Shown piece after piece: positions 19,047 through 26,900 of a DNA stretch of 29,184 nucleotides. The stretch's first letter is position 1, and each line of letters opens with the position of its first letter. Both the position numbers and the translations under genes were made by a program. The stretch spans positions 1 through 29,184 of the IMG/VR virus record IMGVR_UViG_3300037515_000316; one strand, given 5' to 3'. The notes under the pieces are model-generated. The model was not told the DNA's origin, made no database searches, and saw only the letters and a list, made by a program, of their open reading frames with translations. The stretch comes from a virus. Lineage: Duplodnaviria > Caudoviricetes.

Positions 19047-19628
19047 TTAAAGAGTAAAACTTTTACTCATAGTTGTACTTGTAATATTTAAATCATCTGT
19101 ATCAACTTTATTAGAATCTTCAGTTGGTCTTTCTAATAAATCACCAGCTTTATGTAATAATGTACTAGATTCATTATCACTAGATTCAATAAAACTAAAA
19201 AATCTAAAACCTAAATATTTACTAGGTTTATTAGTTGTACCATAAGTAACATAAACATTAAATTTCTTATTAATACAATTTTTAGATATTAAATCAAATA
19301 ATACATCATACGCTTGTTTTGCAGATGTTACAGAAGGAAAAGTATAATCTTTACCCATAACAGCTCTAGCAATATGTACTACTCTTGATACATTTAATTT
19401 TTCCCATTTCGCATTTTCTTCTTCAGTTTTTTGAGGATTTGGGGTTATATAATAAAACCCAACATTAACAGTTCCACCTGCATCTTTAGCTACTAATTTA
19501 TAATCAGGTGTATTACCACTATCTGTTTTTTTTTCTATTGAAATATCAATATTTTTAACTAAACCTGCATTTCCACCATTAAAAATAGAGTTTTCTTGAA
19601 ATTCATTTCCATTTAAATCAAACATCAT
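19047..19628 (-). CDS. putative single-stranded DNA-binding protein
   Basis: Lies between the AAA ATPase and primase, has an acidic low-complexity C-terminal region and is followed by a terminator. The call rests on context. Confidence 0.55.
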   Translation of the reverse strand: MMFDLNGNEFQENSIFNGGNAGLVKNIDISIEKKTDSGNTPDYKLVAKDAGGTVNVGFYYITPNPQKTEEENAKWEKLNVSRVVHIARAVMGKDYTFPSVTSAKQAYDVLFDLISKNCINKKFNVYVTYGTTNKPSKYLGFRFFSFIESSDNESSTLLHKAGDLLERPTEDSNKVDTDDLNITSTTMSKSFTL

Positions 19629-19665
19629 TTATTCTTCCGACCATTTACCCACCACTTTTTAAAAT

Positions 19666-20076
19666 TTATTTATTTATAAAAATTTGAGACCAATCAACTG
19701 TTACTTTATTTGCAACATCTGATTCAGCTATTACTATTTTCTTACCTTTTAAATGTTCACTTCTTGAACCACATAATAATTTCTCTGAAGGTTGAAAATT
19801 TATAATAGTTTTATTTTCATCTCGATATAGATACCCAATAGCATCTACTTTTGAGCATAAGATTGCAGACATTTTACCTGCTAAATCTAATCCTCTTTCA
19901 TTCATTTCTTCACCTTGTTGCTCTATAAGTTTGTCTTTTACATGACCTAGTATAATTAAAGTATCACATAATTCTTCTAATTCATTTAAGACAACTTGTA
20001 AAGCTCTTCTAGTAAATCTATAGCCAGCACCACTCGATAATTCTGTAACATCATCACCAATCCAATTTTTACCTTG
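19666..20076 (-). CDS. exon 2 of AAA ATPase (AAA_24 / Sak4-like)
   Basis: Begins QGKNW after AATG|CAAGGT. Contains GAGY, LIILGHVKD, DAIGYLYR and GSRSEHL. The spliced product is 255 aa. Confidence 0.85.
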   Translation of the reverse strand, partial: QGKNWIGDDVTELSSGAGYRFTRRALQVVLNELEELCDTLIILGHVKDKLIEQQGEEMNERGLDLAGKMSAILCSKVDAIGYLYRDENKTIINFQPSEKLLCGSRSEHLKGKKIVIAESDVANKVTVDWSQIFINK

Positions 20077-20239
20077 CATTATATTCTATAAACAACGTAA
20101 CCTGTTTATACGTTCTCTTATGAACTGCTGTATATTTCTATACAGATTAGACTATATCTTCATCCTTATTAGGATGTTCTCCTTTTCCATTACCATTAAC
20201 TTGTAATGTACTCCCCTTCGGGATAGTCGTTGAACTTTT

Positions 20240-20771
20240 TTTCATAAACTGATATATTTTTTTCAATATGTTGTAAAAACTTTTCAACTGTTAAATTATT
20301 TTTCATAAAAATTACAATTTTTTACAACAAGATACTATATTATTTTTAATATAACCTAAATTATTATTTAATCTATCAATACCTTTTGAATTTTTATCAT
20401 TACAATAAAAACAATTAGAATCAACTAATTCAATAATGTTTTTCTAAAGATAACTCAAATTTAATATCTCTAGTTTTAGCATTACCTTTATATGATTGAT
20501 ATATTTTTTCTATATTTTACGTAATTTACTATATTTATTTTGTGATATTTCACTTTGTACTTTATTTTTACAATTAATACAACATATTCTATTTTTTCTT
20601 AAAATATTATCACTACGTAATTTTGAATATTTATTACAATTTAAACATAATATATCATAAAATCTTCTACTATTTTTCAGTATGAGAAAATTTTATAACC
20701 TTTATTATACCAAATGTTTTATTTATATATTTTTTATCAGTTTTTTAAAAACTTAGCTGCTGATTGCCCAT
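20240..20771 (-). pseudogene. frameshifted HNH homing endonuclease remnant in intron L6
   Basis: Fragments translate to IELVDSNCFYCNDKNSKGIDRLNNNLGYIKNNIVSCC, the same family as the 15478-16038 ORF. Several frameshifts and stops. The 3' end is approximate. Confidence 0.8.
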
Positions 20772-20793
20772 TTTATGTATTATTTATATAATA

Positions 20794-20825
20794 CAAATAT
20801 ACAAAATATTATTGACAATTCCAAA
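20794..20825 (-). promoter_or_regulatory. Bacteroidetes primary-sigma promoter inside the ATPase intron
   Basis: TTTG (20825-20822), 20-nt spacer, TATATTTG (20801-20794). Confidence 0.8.
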
Positions 20826-20922
20826 TATTTTTTAATATTTATTAGTTATTTTGTCTTTAGGGTGTTCCAGCAATTAAAAGAATTATTTTATATAATTACT
20901 TATATAAAGCCCCTTTTATTTG

Positions 20923-21279
20923 AGGCGTGGATTTATACATCTTATTTGCAAGTGGTAATACAATTTCTTCTAAAGCAGTTACAGTATCTATTGCTATATA
21001 CTTATAAACATAATCTTTTTTAGCTTCATTTCCCTTAGCTATAGTTTCCATTAATTGTTTTAATACAACTATTGGTAATCTTTCTTTTTCTTTTGCTTCT
21101 AATATTATATTATATTTTAAAGCATCCACAAACTGTGAACCATTTTCTAAATCTATAATTAAACAATCTTCTAATTCTGCTACAACAGTAGTTTTACCCA
21201 TTTTAGGCTGACTAAATATAATCATACTTTTAGGATTAACTCTATTAGATTTTTGTTTTTCTTTTGGTAATTCTATCAT
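20923..21279 (-). CDS. exon 1 of AAA ATPase (AAA_24 / Sak4-like)
   Basis: Walker A SQPKMGKT, IIDLENGS and Walker B IAIDT. 119 codons to the splice site. Confidence 0.85.
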
Positions 21280-21295
21280 TGTTTATTTTTCCGTC

Positions 21296-21763
21296 CTATA
21301 CCTCCTCATATTTTAATATTTTTTCAAATGTAGGATAAATATTAAATCCTAGATTTAATTTAAAATGTTTTTTATATTCAATATTTGTTTGTCTATAACT
21401 ACCACTAAATACACCTGCACTATTTGTCTTTTTAATATTACCACAATACTGTATATAAAAAACTGATTTTTTTTCTTCAATTTGAATTTTTTCAGAATCT
21501 AATAATTCTTTAACACATTGTTTAATAGTTTTATCAGGAAAATAATACTTACATAATATAAAAAAATCATCGATACTTCTTGATTTATCTTCTATACAGT
21601 GTAATTTTCCTCTAGTAAATAAAGTTTTATATTTCTTTTCAAGTAAATATTGTTTTATATCACTTATTGATTTAACTTCAACATTATTTTCAAATTTTAT
21701 TTTTCTACATTGTGAATAATATCTTTCTATATCACCTATTGTTTTTACATCTTTTTTATTCAT
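21296..21763 (-). CDS. hypothetical protein
   Basis: 155-aa ORF on the coding strand. Confidence 0.65.
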   Translation of the reverse strand: MNKKDVKTIGDIERYYSQCRKIKFENNVEVKSISDIKQYLLEKKYKTLFTRGKLHCIEDKSRSIDDFFILCKYYFPDKTIKQCVKELLDSEKIQIEEKKSVFYIQYCGNIKKTNSAGVFSGSYRQTNIEYKKHFKLNLGFNIYPTFEKILKYEEV

Positions 21764-21890
21764 CTCTTTCTAACATCTCTACTTTAATATGTGGATATGA
21801 ATTGTAATTATTTAATTTAAACCAATTAGGTTTCATCTCAGATATAATTTTATTTAACAGTTGATAGTAAGTTTTATCTATTTTACTCAT
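21756..21890 (-). pseudogene. 44-aa ORF resembling fused N- and C-termini of thymidylate synthase ThyA
   Basis: MSKIDKTYYQLLNKIISE joined to MKPNWFKLNNYNSYPHIKVEMLERDE. The resemblance to ThyA termini was judged by eye. Confidence 0.55.
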
Positions 21891-21902
21891 TAATAAATTT
21901 TT

Positions 21903-22580
21903 TTAATAATTAAATATATTACCATTACTTGTTATTTTACCAAATTTACCATCTGTAACAACACTACCATTACTAAATATAGTTTTATAAGATGATAGTT
22001 TTAATATACCAGCATTTATAATATCTTCACAATTATGAACATGACCAAATAAATGATATTTAGGTTGTATTTTTAAAACAACTTTTCTTAAAGCATTACA
22101 ACCTACTGATTCAACAATATGTTGTCTATTTATACTCAAATCCAATAATCTTTTAGGAGGTCCATGTGTTAATAAAATATCTATATCTTCTGGTATAGTT
22201 TCCCAAAGTTTAAATAATTTATCTCTATTTCTCATAAATGACCAATTATTAAACATTGGTGTAAATGGACTTCCCCATATTTTTATACCTTCAATTTCTA
22301 TTGATTCATTTATTAAAATATAACAATTTTCTTTCAATGATTTTTTAAAAATTTTACTAATAGAATGTTCTAAAAAACTATCATGATTACCTGGTGTAAA
22401 TACTTTATATTTAACAGGTAAATTTTCAAACCATCTCCAAAATTCTAAAAATTCATTTTCATTAAGAAATGGACTTCTAATATTAGCACCATCTCCTGTA
22501 TGAATAATCATATCTATATCTTCAGGTATATTTAATAAATCATGATACCCGTGTGTGTCACTAATGTGTAGAAATTTCAT
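21903..22580 (-). CDS. metallophosphoesterase (MPPED-like)
   Basis: HISDTHG, HTGD, PGNHD, IWGSPFTP, THGPP and FGHVH motifs. Confidence 0.9.
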   Translation of the reverse strand: MKFLHISDTHGYHDLLNIPEDIDMIIHTGDGANIRSPFLNENEFLEFWRWFENLPVKYKVFTPGNHDSFLEHSISKIFKKSLKENCYILINESIEIEGIKIWGSPFTPMFNNWSFMRNRDKLFKLWETIPEDIDILLTHGPPKRLLDLSINRQHIVESVGCNALRKVVLKIQPKYHLFGHVHNCEDIINAGILKLSSYKTIFSNGSVVTDGKFGKITSNGNIFNY

Positions 22581-23088
22581 TATTAAATCTTTTTAAAAAT
22601 TCTCTTTTAGCTTTATTATGAGTCCAATATTTCATTAAGTTAAATATTTCTTTTAATTGTTCATTTGTTTTTAAAGGTTGATAATTAATATCTAATTTTT
22701 TAATATTAAATCTTTCATAATGTAATGCTAATTTATCAACAGTATGAGTTTCTAAAGAATATGGATAATTAAAATTAAATTTATTAGATATAGCTAAAGC
22801 TACTTTATTTTCCATTTCTTTATAATCTGGTAATAAAGCTTTTAAAGGTGTTGGAATATCACTAACATAAGCTTCTGTAGCATCATGTAATAAAGCTTCT
22901 AATTTATTACCTCTAGTATTATCATAACACCAACAACAGTGTTGTGCTACAGAATAAAATTTATCTGTATGACCTAACCATCTAGGTATATGTGATAAAG
23001 CTGTTGCAATATCTTCTATATCTATTTGAGATTCATCTATATTTAAATAATCAAATATTTTTTCACTATTTGTTCTTATATAACTCAT
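22561..23088 (-). CDS. HD-domain phosphohydrolase (YfbR/YfdR-like deoxynucleotidase)
   Basis: IEDIATALS...R, YSVAQH and LLHDATEAYVSDIPTPLK motifs. Confidence 0.88.
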   Translation of the reverse strand: MSYIRTNSEKIFDYLNIDESQIDIEDIATALSHIPRWLGHTDKFYSVAQHCCWCYDNTRGNKLEALLHDATEAYVSDIPTPLKALLPDYKEMENKVALAISNKFNFNYPYSLETHTVDKLALHYERFNIKKLDINYQPLKTNEQLKEIFNLMKYWTHNKAKREFLKRFNNEISTH

Positions 23089-23462
23089 TTTTCATTATTT
23101 TTAAATTTTATGTAATTTGATAAATATTTTCTTATATTTTCAGCACCTACAGGATTAGATGAATGTATATAATATTGAGGTAAATTTATATTATTATTTT
23201 GACAATAATTAACTAAATATATAGCACATGTCATTCCTGTTTTTTCTTTATAAGTACTTTTATTACAATGAATATCTGATAAATCATGGTCAAATGATAT
23301 AATATCAGGAAAATTAGTATTTATCTGATGTATAAATTCATAATAATTTCTTACCCATATAATTTTTACTGTTAATGGATTAATTATATATTTAGCTATT
23401 TCATTATTCCATTTTTCTGTAGTAGGGTCTCTTATATCATCTAACCATAATAATTTTTTCAT
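23085..23462 (-). CDS. cyclic-phosphate-processing receiver-like domain protein
   Basis: LWLDDIRDP, ISFDHDL, KTG and HSSNPVG motifs. Confidence 0.8.
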   Translation of the reverse strand: MKKLLWLDDIRDPTTEKWNNEIAKYIINPLTVKIIWVRNYYEFIHQINTNFPDIISFDHDLSDIHCNKSTYKEKTGMTCAIYLVNYCQNNNINLPQYYIHSSNPVGAENIRKYLSNYIKFKNNEK

Positions 23463-23788
23463 TTTTTTAAATTTTTATCAATATATCTATCATCCATATC
23501 TTTTCTAAATAAAAACATATATGATAAAAACATTGCATTACATAATAGATGTCCAACATGTGCTAATTTACTTTCTTTATCATTATCTTCACCTTCTAAA
23601 AAAGCATTTAAATGACGTTGTAAACTATCACAAATTTCTGTATATTTTAATCCTTTAGACCAATTCCATGAACTATATTTCTGTGCTCCAAACATAAGCA
23701 CCTGAACCATAGGCTCAAGTGCTTTGAATGAAACTAGTGACCATCTTAATTTTCCTTTATTATCTCTTGTTCCTATATTTTCAATCAT
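23459..23788 (-). CDS. dATP/dGTP diphosphohydrolase-like protein (DUF5664 type)
   Basis: GKLRWSLV, VLMFGAQKY...NW, SLQRHL and DKESKLAHVGH...NAMFL motifs. Confidence 0.85.
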   Translation of the reverse strand: MIENIGTRDNKGKLRWSLVSFKALEPMVQVLMFGAQKYSSWNWSKGLKYTEICDSLQRHLNAFLEGEDNDKESKLAHVGHLLCNAMFLSYMFLFRKDMDDRYIDKNLKK

Positions 23789-24618
23789 TTTTTCTAACTA
23801 CATTTTTTATATAATTATAAATTCTATTTAATCCTGTTATATCATCTGGTTTAGGTAATTCTTTAAAATAATTAACTGCACCATCAAAATATAAAGGACA
23901 GGTTTCTCCTCCACCACCTTCTCTTCCACCAATAATTTCTAGGAATCTAATATTATCTTTAAATGTAGTAATATCATATCCCATATATTCTCTTATTTCA
24001 TGTTTATAAGGACTAAATAATCCTAATATAACATCCGCATCTCTAAAAGTTAGTTTACAATCACCTAATCCATCTGCACTAGGTTTAAGCTTACTGGCTT
24101 TAAAGTTTTCAAGAGATTCTTGATTAGCGGCTTGTTGCTGAATTACAACAGGTATATATTTATACTTATTTCTAAGTCTAATTAAGTAATCTGATGATAA
24201 TTTTGTAATAGATTGATGTAATGAAAGTTTTTGACCATTTTCAGAATCTGATGATATTAAACCAATATGGTCTATAAATACCATTACATATTCTTCTGGG
24301 TCATTAGCTTCATAATAATCATCTATTTCAGTATCTTCACCATTTATACTAATTATTTTTTTATGTTGTACACCGTTGGCATTAGCATAATCCCTCATGA
24401 ATTTAAAAATTCCAAATGGGTTTCTAACATCATCGATGAACTCTACTATTTCTTCAATTTTATTGAAATAGGGTTTATATTTAGATATTAATTCTAAAGT
24501 TTGTTCTGTTAATATATTATCTTCTTTAGTACTTTTAAGGTCTTTAGGAGCTATTCTAAGACCTTCTTTTACATATAAGATATTAGAGAATGCTGATAGC
24601 ATTTTTTGCTCCTTACTC
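23781..24618 (-). CDS. dnaB: exon 3 of DnaB-like (SF4) replicative helicase
   Basis: Starts with the G of a split ATG codon, then SKEQKM. Walker B VFIDHIG, VVIQQQ, DADVILG and REG motifs. Confidence 0.88.
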
Positions 24619-24742
24619 CATTTTATTAACCTAAGCGAGTTTACCACTTAGTTCTATATATTACTATATAGTTTAGACTATATCTTCAATAACAGCTGTT
24701 ATTGCTGGGATTTCTTGGATATATTATATTCTAAATATTTTG

Positions 24743-24816
24743 TGGATATGATGAGAATCGAACTCACTTCACTACCCAACATTAAGTCGGGTCGCTTACC
24801 ATAAAGCTCCATACCC
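24743..24816 (-). ncRNA. tRNA-like cloverleaf (non-canonical; nominal anticodon TAA) embedded in helicase intron 2
   Basis: Acceptor GGGTATG/CATATCC, D arm GCTT-TATGGT-AAGC, anticodon arm ACCCGAC-TTAAT-GTTGGGT, T arm GTGAG-TTCGATT-CTCAT, discriminator A, no encoded CCA. Confidence 0.75.
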
Positions 24817-24927
24817 ATATTTAGTTTCAATATCTAGTCGTTCGACCTACTATAATCATTTAAATTATAGCTTGGTACGGGATTGTCCTATAAGGAGTTT
24901 CCCCGTTTAACCCAGTTAAGAGACAAG

Positions 24928-25665
24928 TTATAATTTGTATAACATTGAATTACAAATATAAGGTTCTATTAGTTTTCTAAAAGTTTCTTTTGAACTATTT
25001 TTTATATATAATCTATTTAAAGAATGTAAACTAGTATTTAAATTATACTTATCTTTCAAAAAATCTCTAAATTCATTTATATTTTTTTTTGTAAAAGAAC
25101 ATGTATGAATTTGATAAGCTGAAGTTCCTACTTTTGAACCATCATCCATATAATGAATAGCCATAGCAAGAGGTGTATAATATTTTTCTAGTAAATTTAT
25201 TGGTATTATTTTACCATTTTCTTTATAAAATTCATTATAAAAATAATTTAAATTTTTGTTAACTTTTAAATTAAATACAGTTGAACTATATATTTTATTA
25301 GTTATCTTATTAGGTGTTAATCTAACATAATCTTTAATATTTCCTAAATTAGGAAAATAAGATTTTTTATATTTAACATAATCTTTTTGTTTTAAAGAAT
25401 GTTGACATGTAAAAGTTGTACCTAAGTCATATTTTCTATTTTTTAAATTTCCGTCACCTAAAACACAACCAAAAATAACTTCTAATTGAATAGATGTTAA
25501 ATTATAAGGTATATGTTCTCTTAATGATTTCCTATTTAATTTATGAACTTTTAATCTATGATAATATATTACTTGTTGTGATACATTATATATATTTCCA
25601 ATTTCTGTGTCAGTTAATCCTTTATTAACTAATTCTTGTAATTCTTGTTTTTTGATACTAAACAT
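24928..25665 (-). CDS. LAGLIDADG homing endonuclease with N-terminal HTH, in L1 of helicase intron 2
   Basis: FGCVLGDGNL and AIHYMDDGS motifs, HTH-like GLTDTEIGNIYNVS. The ATG at 25665 follows the promoter. Confidence 0.88.
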   Translation of the reverse strand: MFSIKKQELQELVNKGLTDTEIGNIYNVSQQVIYYHRLKVHKLNRKSLREHIPYNLTSIQLEVIFGCVLGDGNLKNRKYDLGTTFTCQHSLKQKDYVKYKKSYFPNLGNIKDYVRLTPNKITNKIYSSTVFNLKVNKNLNYFYNEFYKENGKIIPINLLEKYYTPLAMAIHYMDDGSKVGTSAYQIHTCSFTKKNINEFRDFLKDKYNLNTSLHSLNRLYIKNSSKETFRKLIEPYICNSMLYKL

Positions 25666-25687
25666 ATTTATTTTTATTTGTATCCTA

Positions 25688-25719
25688 CAAAGGTACAAAA
25701 AATATATTTAATATCCAAA
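25688..25719 (-). promoter_or_regulatory. Bacteroidetes primary-sigma promoter for the intron 2 endonuclease
   Basis: TTTG (25719-25716), 20-nt spacer, TACCTTTG (25695-25688). Confidence 0.82.
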
Positions 25720-25738
25720 TTTTTGAGTACTTATTTTT

Positions 25739-25842
25739 ATCTCTAAAGTAAAATAGAAGATTTTTAAACGAACATTTAAATTATTATCTATTACTTGTTG
25801 AATAGTATTATACAAAAATAGCCAATCAGCTATTTGAGTTTT
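25739..25842 (-). CDS. dnaB: exon 2 (104 nt) of DnaB-like helicase, absent from the ORF track
   Basis: Translates KTQIADWLFLYNTIQQVIDNNLNVRLKIFYFTLE plus AT. Joins exon 1 to give Walker A ANSKIG|KT. The three exons total 1107 nt (368 aa). Confidence 0.9.
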
Positions 25843-25922
25843 CAATTTTGTTACTCTATACTAATTCTAGTACATGGTTATATCATTTCTGTATAACTCT
25901 ATATGTCACCATATAGTTCGGA

Positions 25923-26546
25923 TTATAAATAGTTAATTTTATAATGCATAGATGGAATTTTTAAAACATAAGGTTTAATTAAATTACATAATTTATATAA
26001 ATTTTCTTTATTAAATCGTATTCTATAACCATCATTACGTTTTATATAATTTAAATAACCGTTTATACCATATTGCGAAAAGCATAATAATAAGTTTTCT
26101 ATTGATTTTTTATCATAAGATATAGCTGTTATATCTCCATAATGATATTCATAGTTATTTTTCTTTTTATTAATACTTTTACAAAAACATCCATCATCCA
26201 TCCAATAAATTGCAAGAATTTCAGGTGTTATATTTTTAACCCATCGTTTATAAAATTTTCTTTTACCATTTTTATAAAATCTATTTCTAATAGATTCTAA
26301 TATATGATATCCAGTTGTATAAACTTTAATTAATTTTGGTATATTTTTACTTTTTTTTATTCCAATTTTACAATTAATATTTATATTATCTAATATTGAT
26401 TTTTTATATTCAATATAATCCATATGTCTTAAATGGTGAGCTATATCTAAATAAGCTCTTTTACTACCATTTTTTAGTTTAGGATTATGAATATTTCCAT
26501 CTCCAATAGTTAATCCTATTAATGTGTAATATCTATTTCTCTTCAT
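25923..26546 (-). CDS. LAGLIDADG homing endonuclease inside helicase intron 1
   Basis: LIGLTIGDGNI and LAIYWMDDG motifs. Confidence 0.88.
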   Translation of the reverse strand: MKRNRYYTLIGLTIGDGNIHNPKLKNGSKRAYLDIAHHLRHMDYIEYKKSILDNININCKIGIKKSKNIPKLIKVYTTGYHILESIRNRFYKNGKRKFYKRWVKNITPEILAIYWMDDGCFCKSINKKKNNYEYHYGDITAISYDKKSIENLLLCFSQYGINGYLNYIKRNDGYRIRFNKENLYKLCNLIKPYVLKIPSMHYKINYL

Positions 26547-26597
26547 ACTTACAATGTATTACTACTTTATTACTATTTATTTTACTATCTCATCAAC

Positions 26598-26900
26598 CTA
26601 AGAAAATATTGAATCAATCTGTTCACCTGTTTGTGAACAAAAGTTTCCATTACAATTACAAATAATATTTTTATTATATAATTTATCTTCTAATATACAT
26701 TTCTTAGGTTGTTCATTGTTAGTCTCTACACCGTTTTGTAAAATTATTTTAATCTTATTATATACTTGTTCTATAGAAGGAAGAGGTGCACAATCAGGAC
26801 TTTCTCCTTGACAACATCTATCTTTAGAACGAAGTAAACATTCTAATAAAATTAATTCTTTTTTATCAAGTGACGGCACGGGATTGTCTTTTTTATTCAT
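26598..26900 (-). CDS. Cys-rich 100-aa ORF overprinted on the intron 1 ribozyme core
   Basis: The ATG overlaps the stop of the upstream ORF. DNPVPS is encoded by Q, NGVETN by R, and the stop lies in the P8 3' strand. Translation is unproven. Confidence 0.5.
   Translation of the reverse strand: MNKKDNPVPSLDKKELILLECLLRSKDRCCQGESPDCAPLPSIEQVYNKIKIILQNGVETNNEQPKKCILEDKLYNKNIICNCNGNFCSQTGEQIDSIFS

Larger units (their letters stand above)
20077..20922 (-). mobile_element. group I intron (846 nt, IA2-like) in the AAA ATPase gene
   Basis: 5' site GCCT|CAAA with IGS GGGC. P AATTGCTGGAA, Q AATCAGCAGC (20765-20756), R TTCAACGACTA (GACTA 20228-20224), P7.1 TCCCGAAGGGGA, P8 CATCCT/AGGATG, S AAGATATAGTCT (20160-20149), P9 hairpin with GAAA loop, terminal G at 20077. 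Confidence 0.93.
24619..25738 (-). mobile_element. group I intron 2 (1120 nt) of the helicase gene
   Basis: 5' site AGAGAT| pairs with GTCTCT (24924-24919). P4 ACGGGG (24906-24901)/TCCCGT, P3 CTGGG/CCCAG, R GACTA (24839-24835), S AAGATATAGTCT (24686-24675), terminal G at 24619. Removal restores FYFTLE-M-SKEQ. Confidence 0.93.

Noticed and set aside
22561-23788. A 2-aminoadenine (Z-base) genome pathway
   Set aside because: There is no PurZ/adenylosuccinate synthetase homologue in the window, and these hydrolase families also occur without it.
4817-24491. Short + strand ORFs in the track (4817, 5282, 5672, 9074, 12194, 12340, 16099, 17146, 20775, 24267)
   Set aside because: They are antisense shadows of - strand genes or introns, rich in F/I/L/S, mostly with non-ATG starts and no motifs.
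24619-24647. Track starts for the helicase, ATPase and amidotransferase C-terminal ORFs (24647, 20079, 15315) as independent gene starts
   Set aside because: Each start lies in intron 3' sequence, and the splice junctions restore conserved motifs in frame.
24743-24816. A canonical tRNA-Leu(TAA) or ochre suppressor gene
   Set aside because: It lacks U8 and purine 37, has an atypical anticodon arm and lacks the long variable arm of bacterial tRNA-Leu. It is kept only as tRNA-like.
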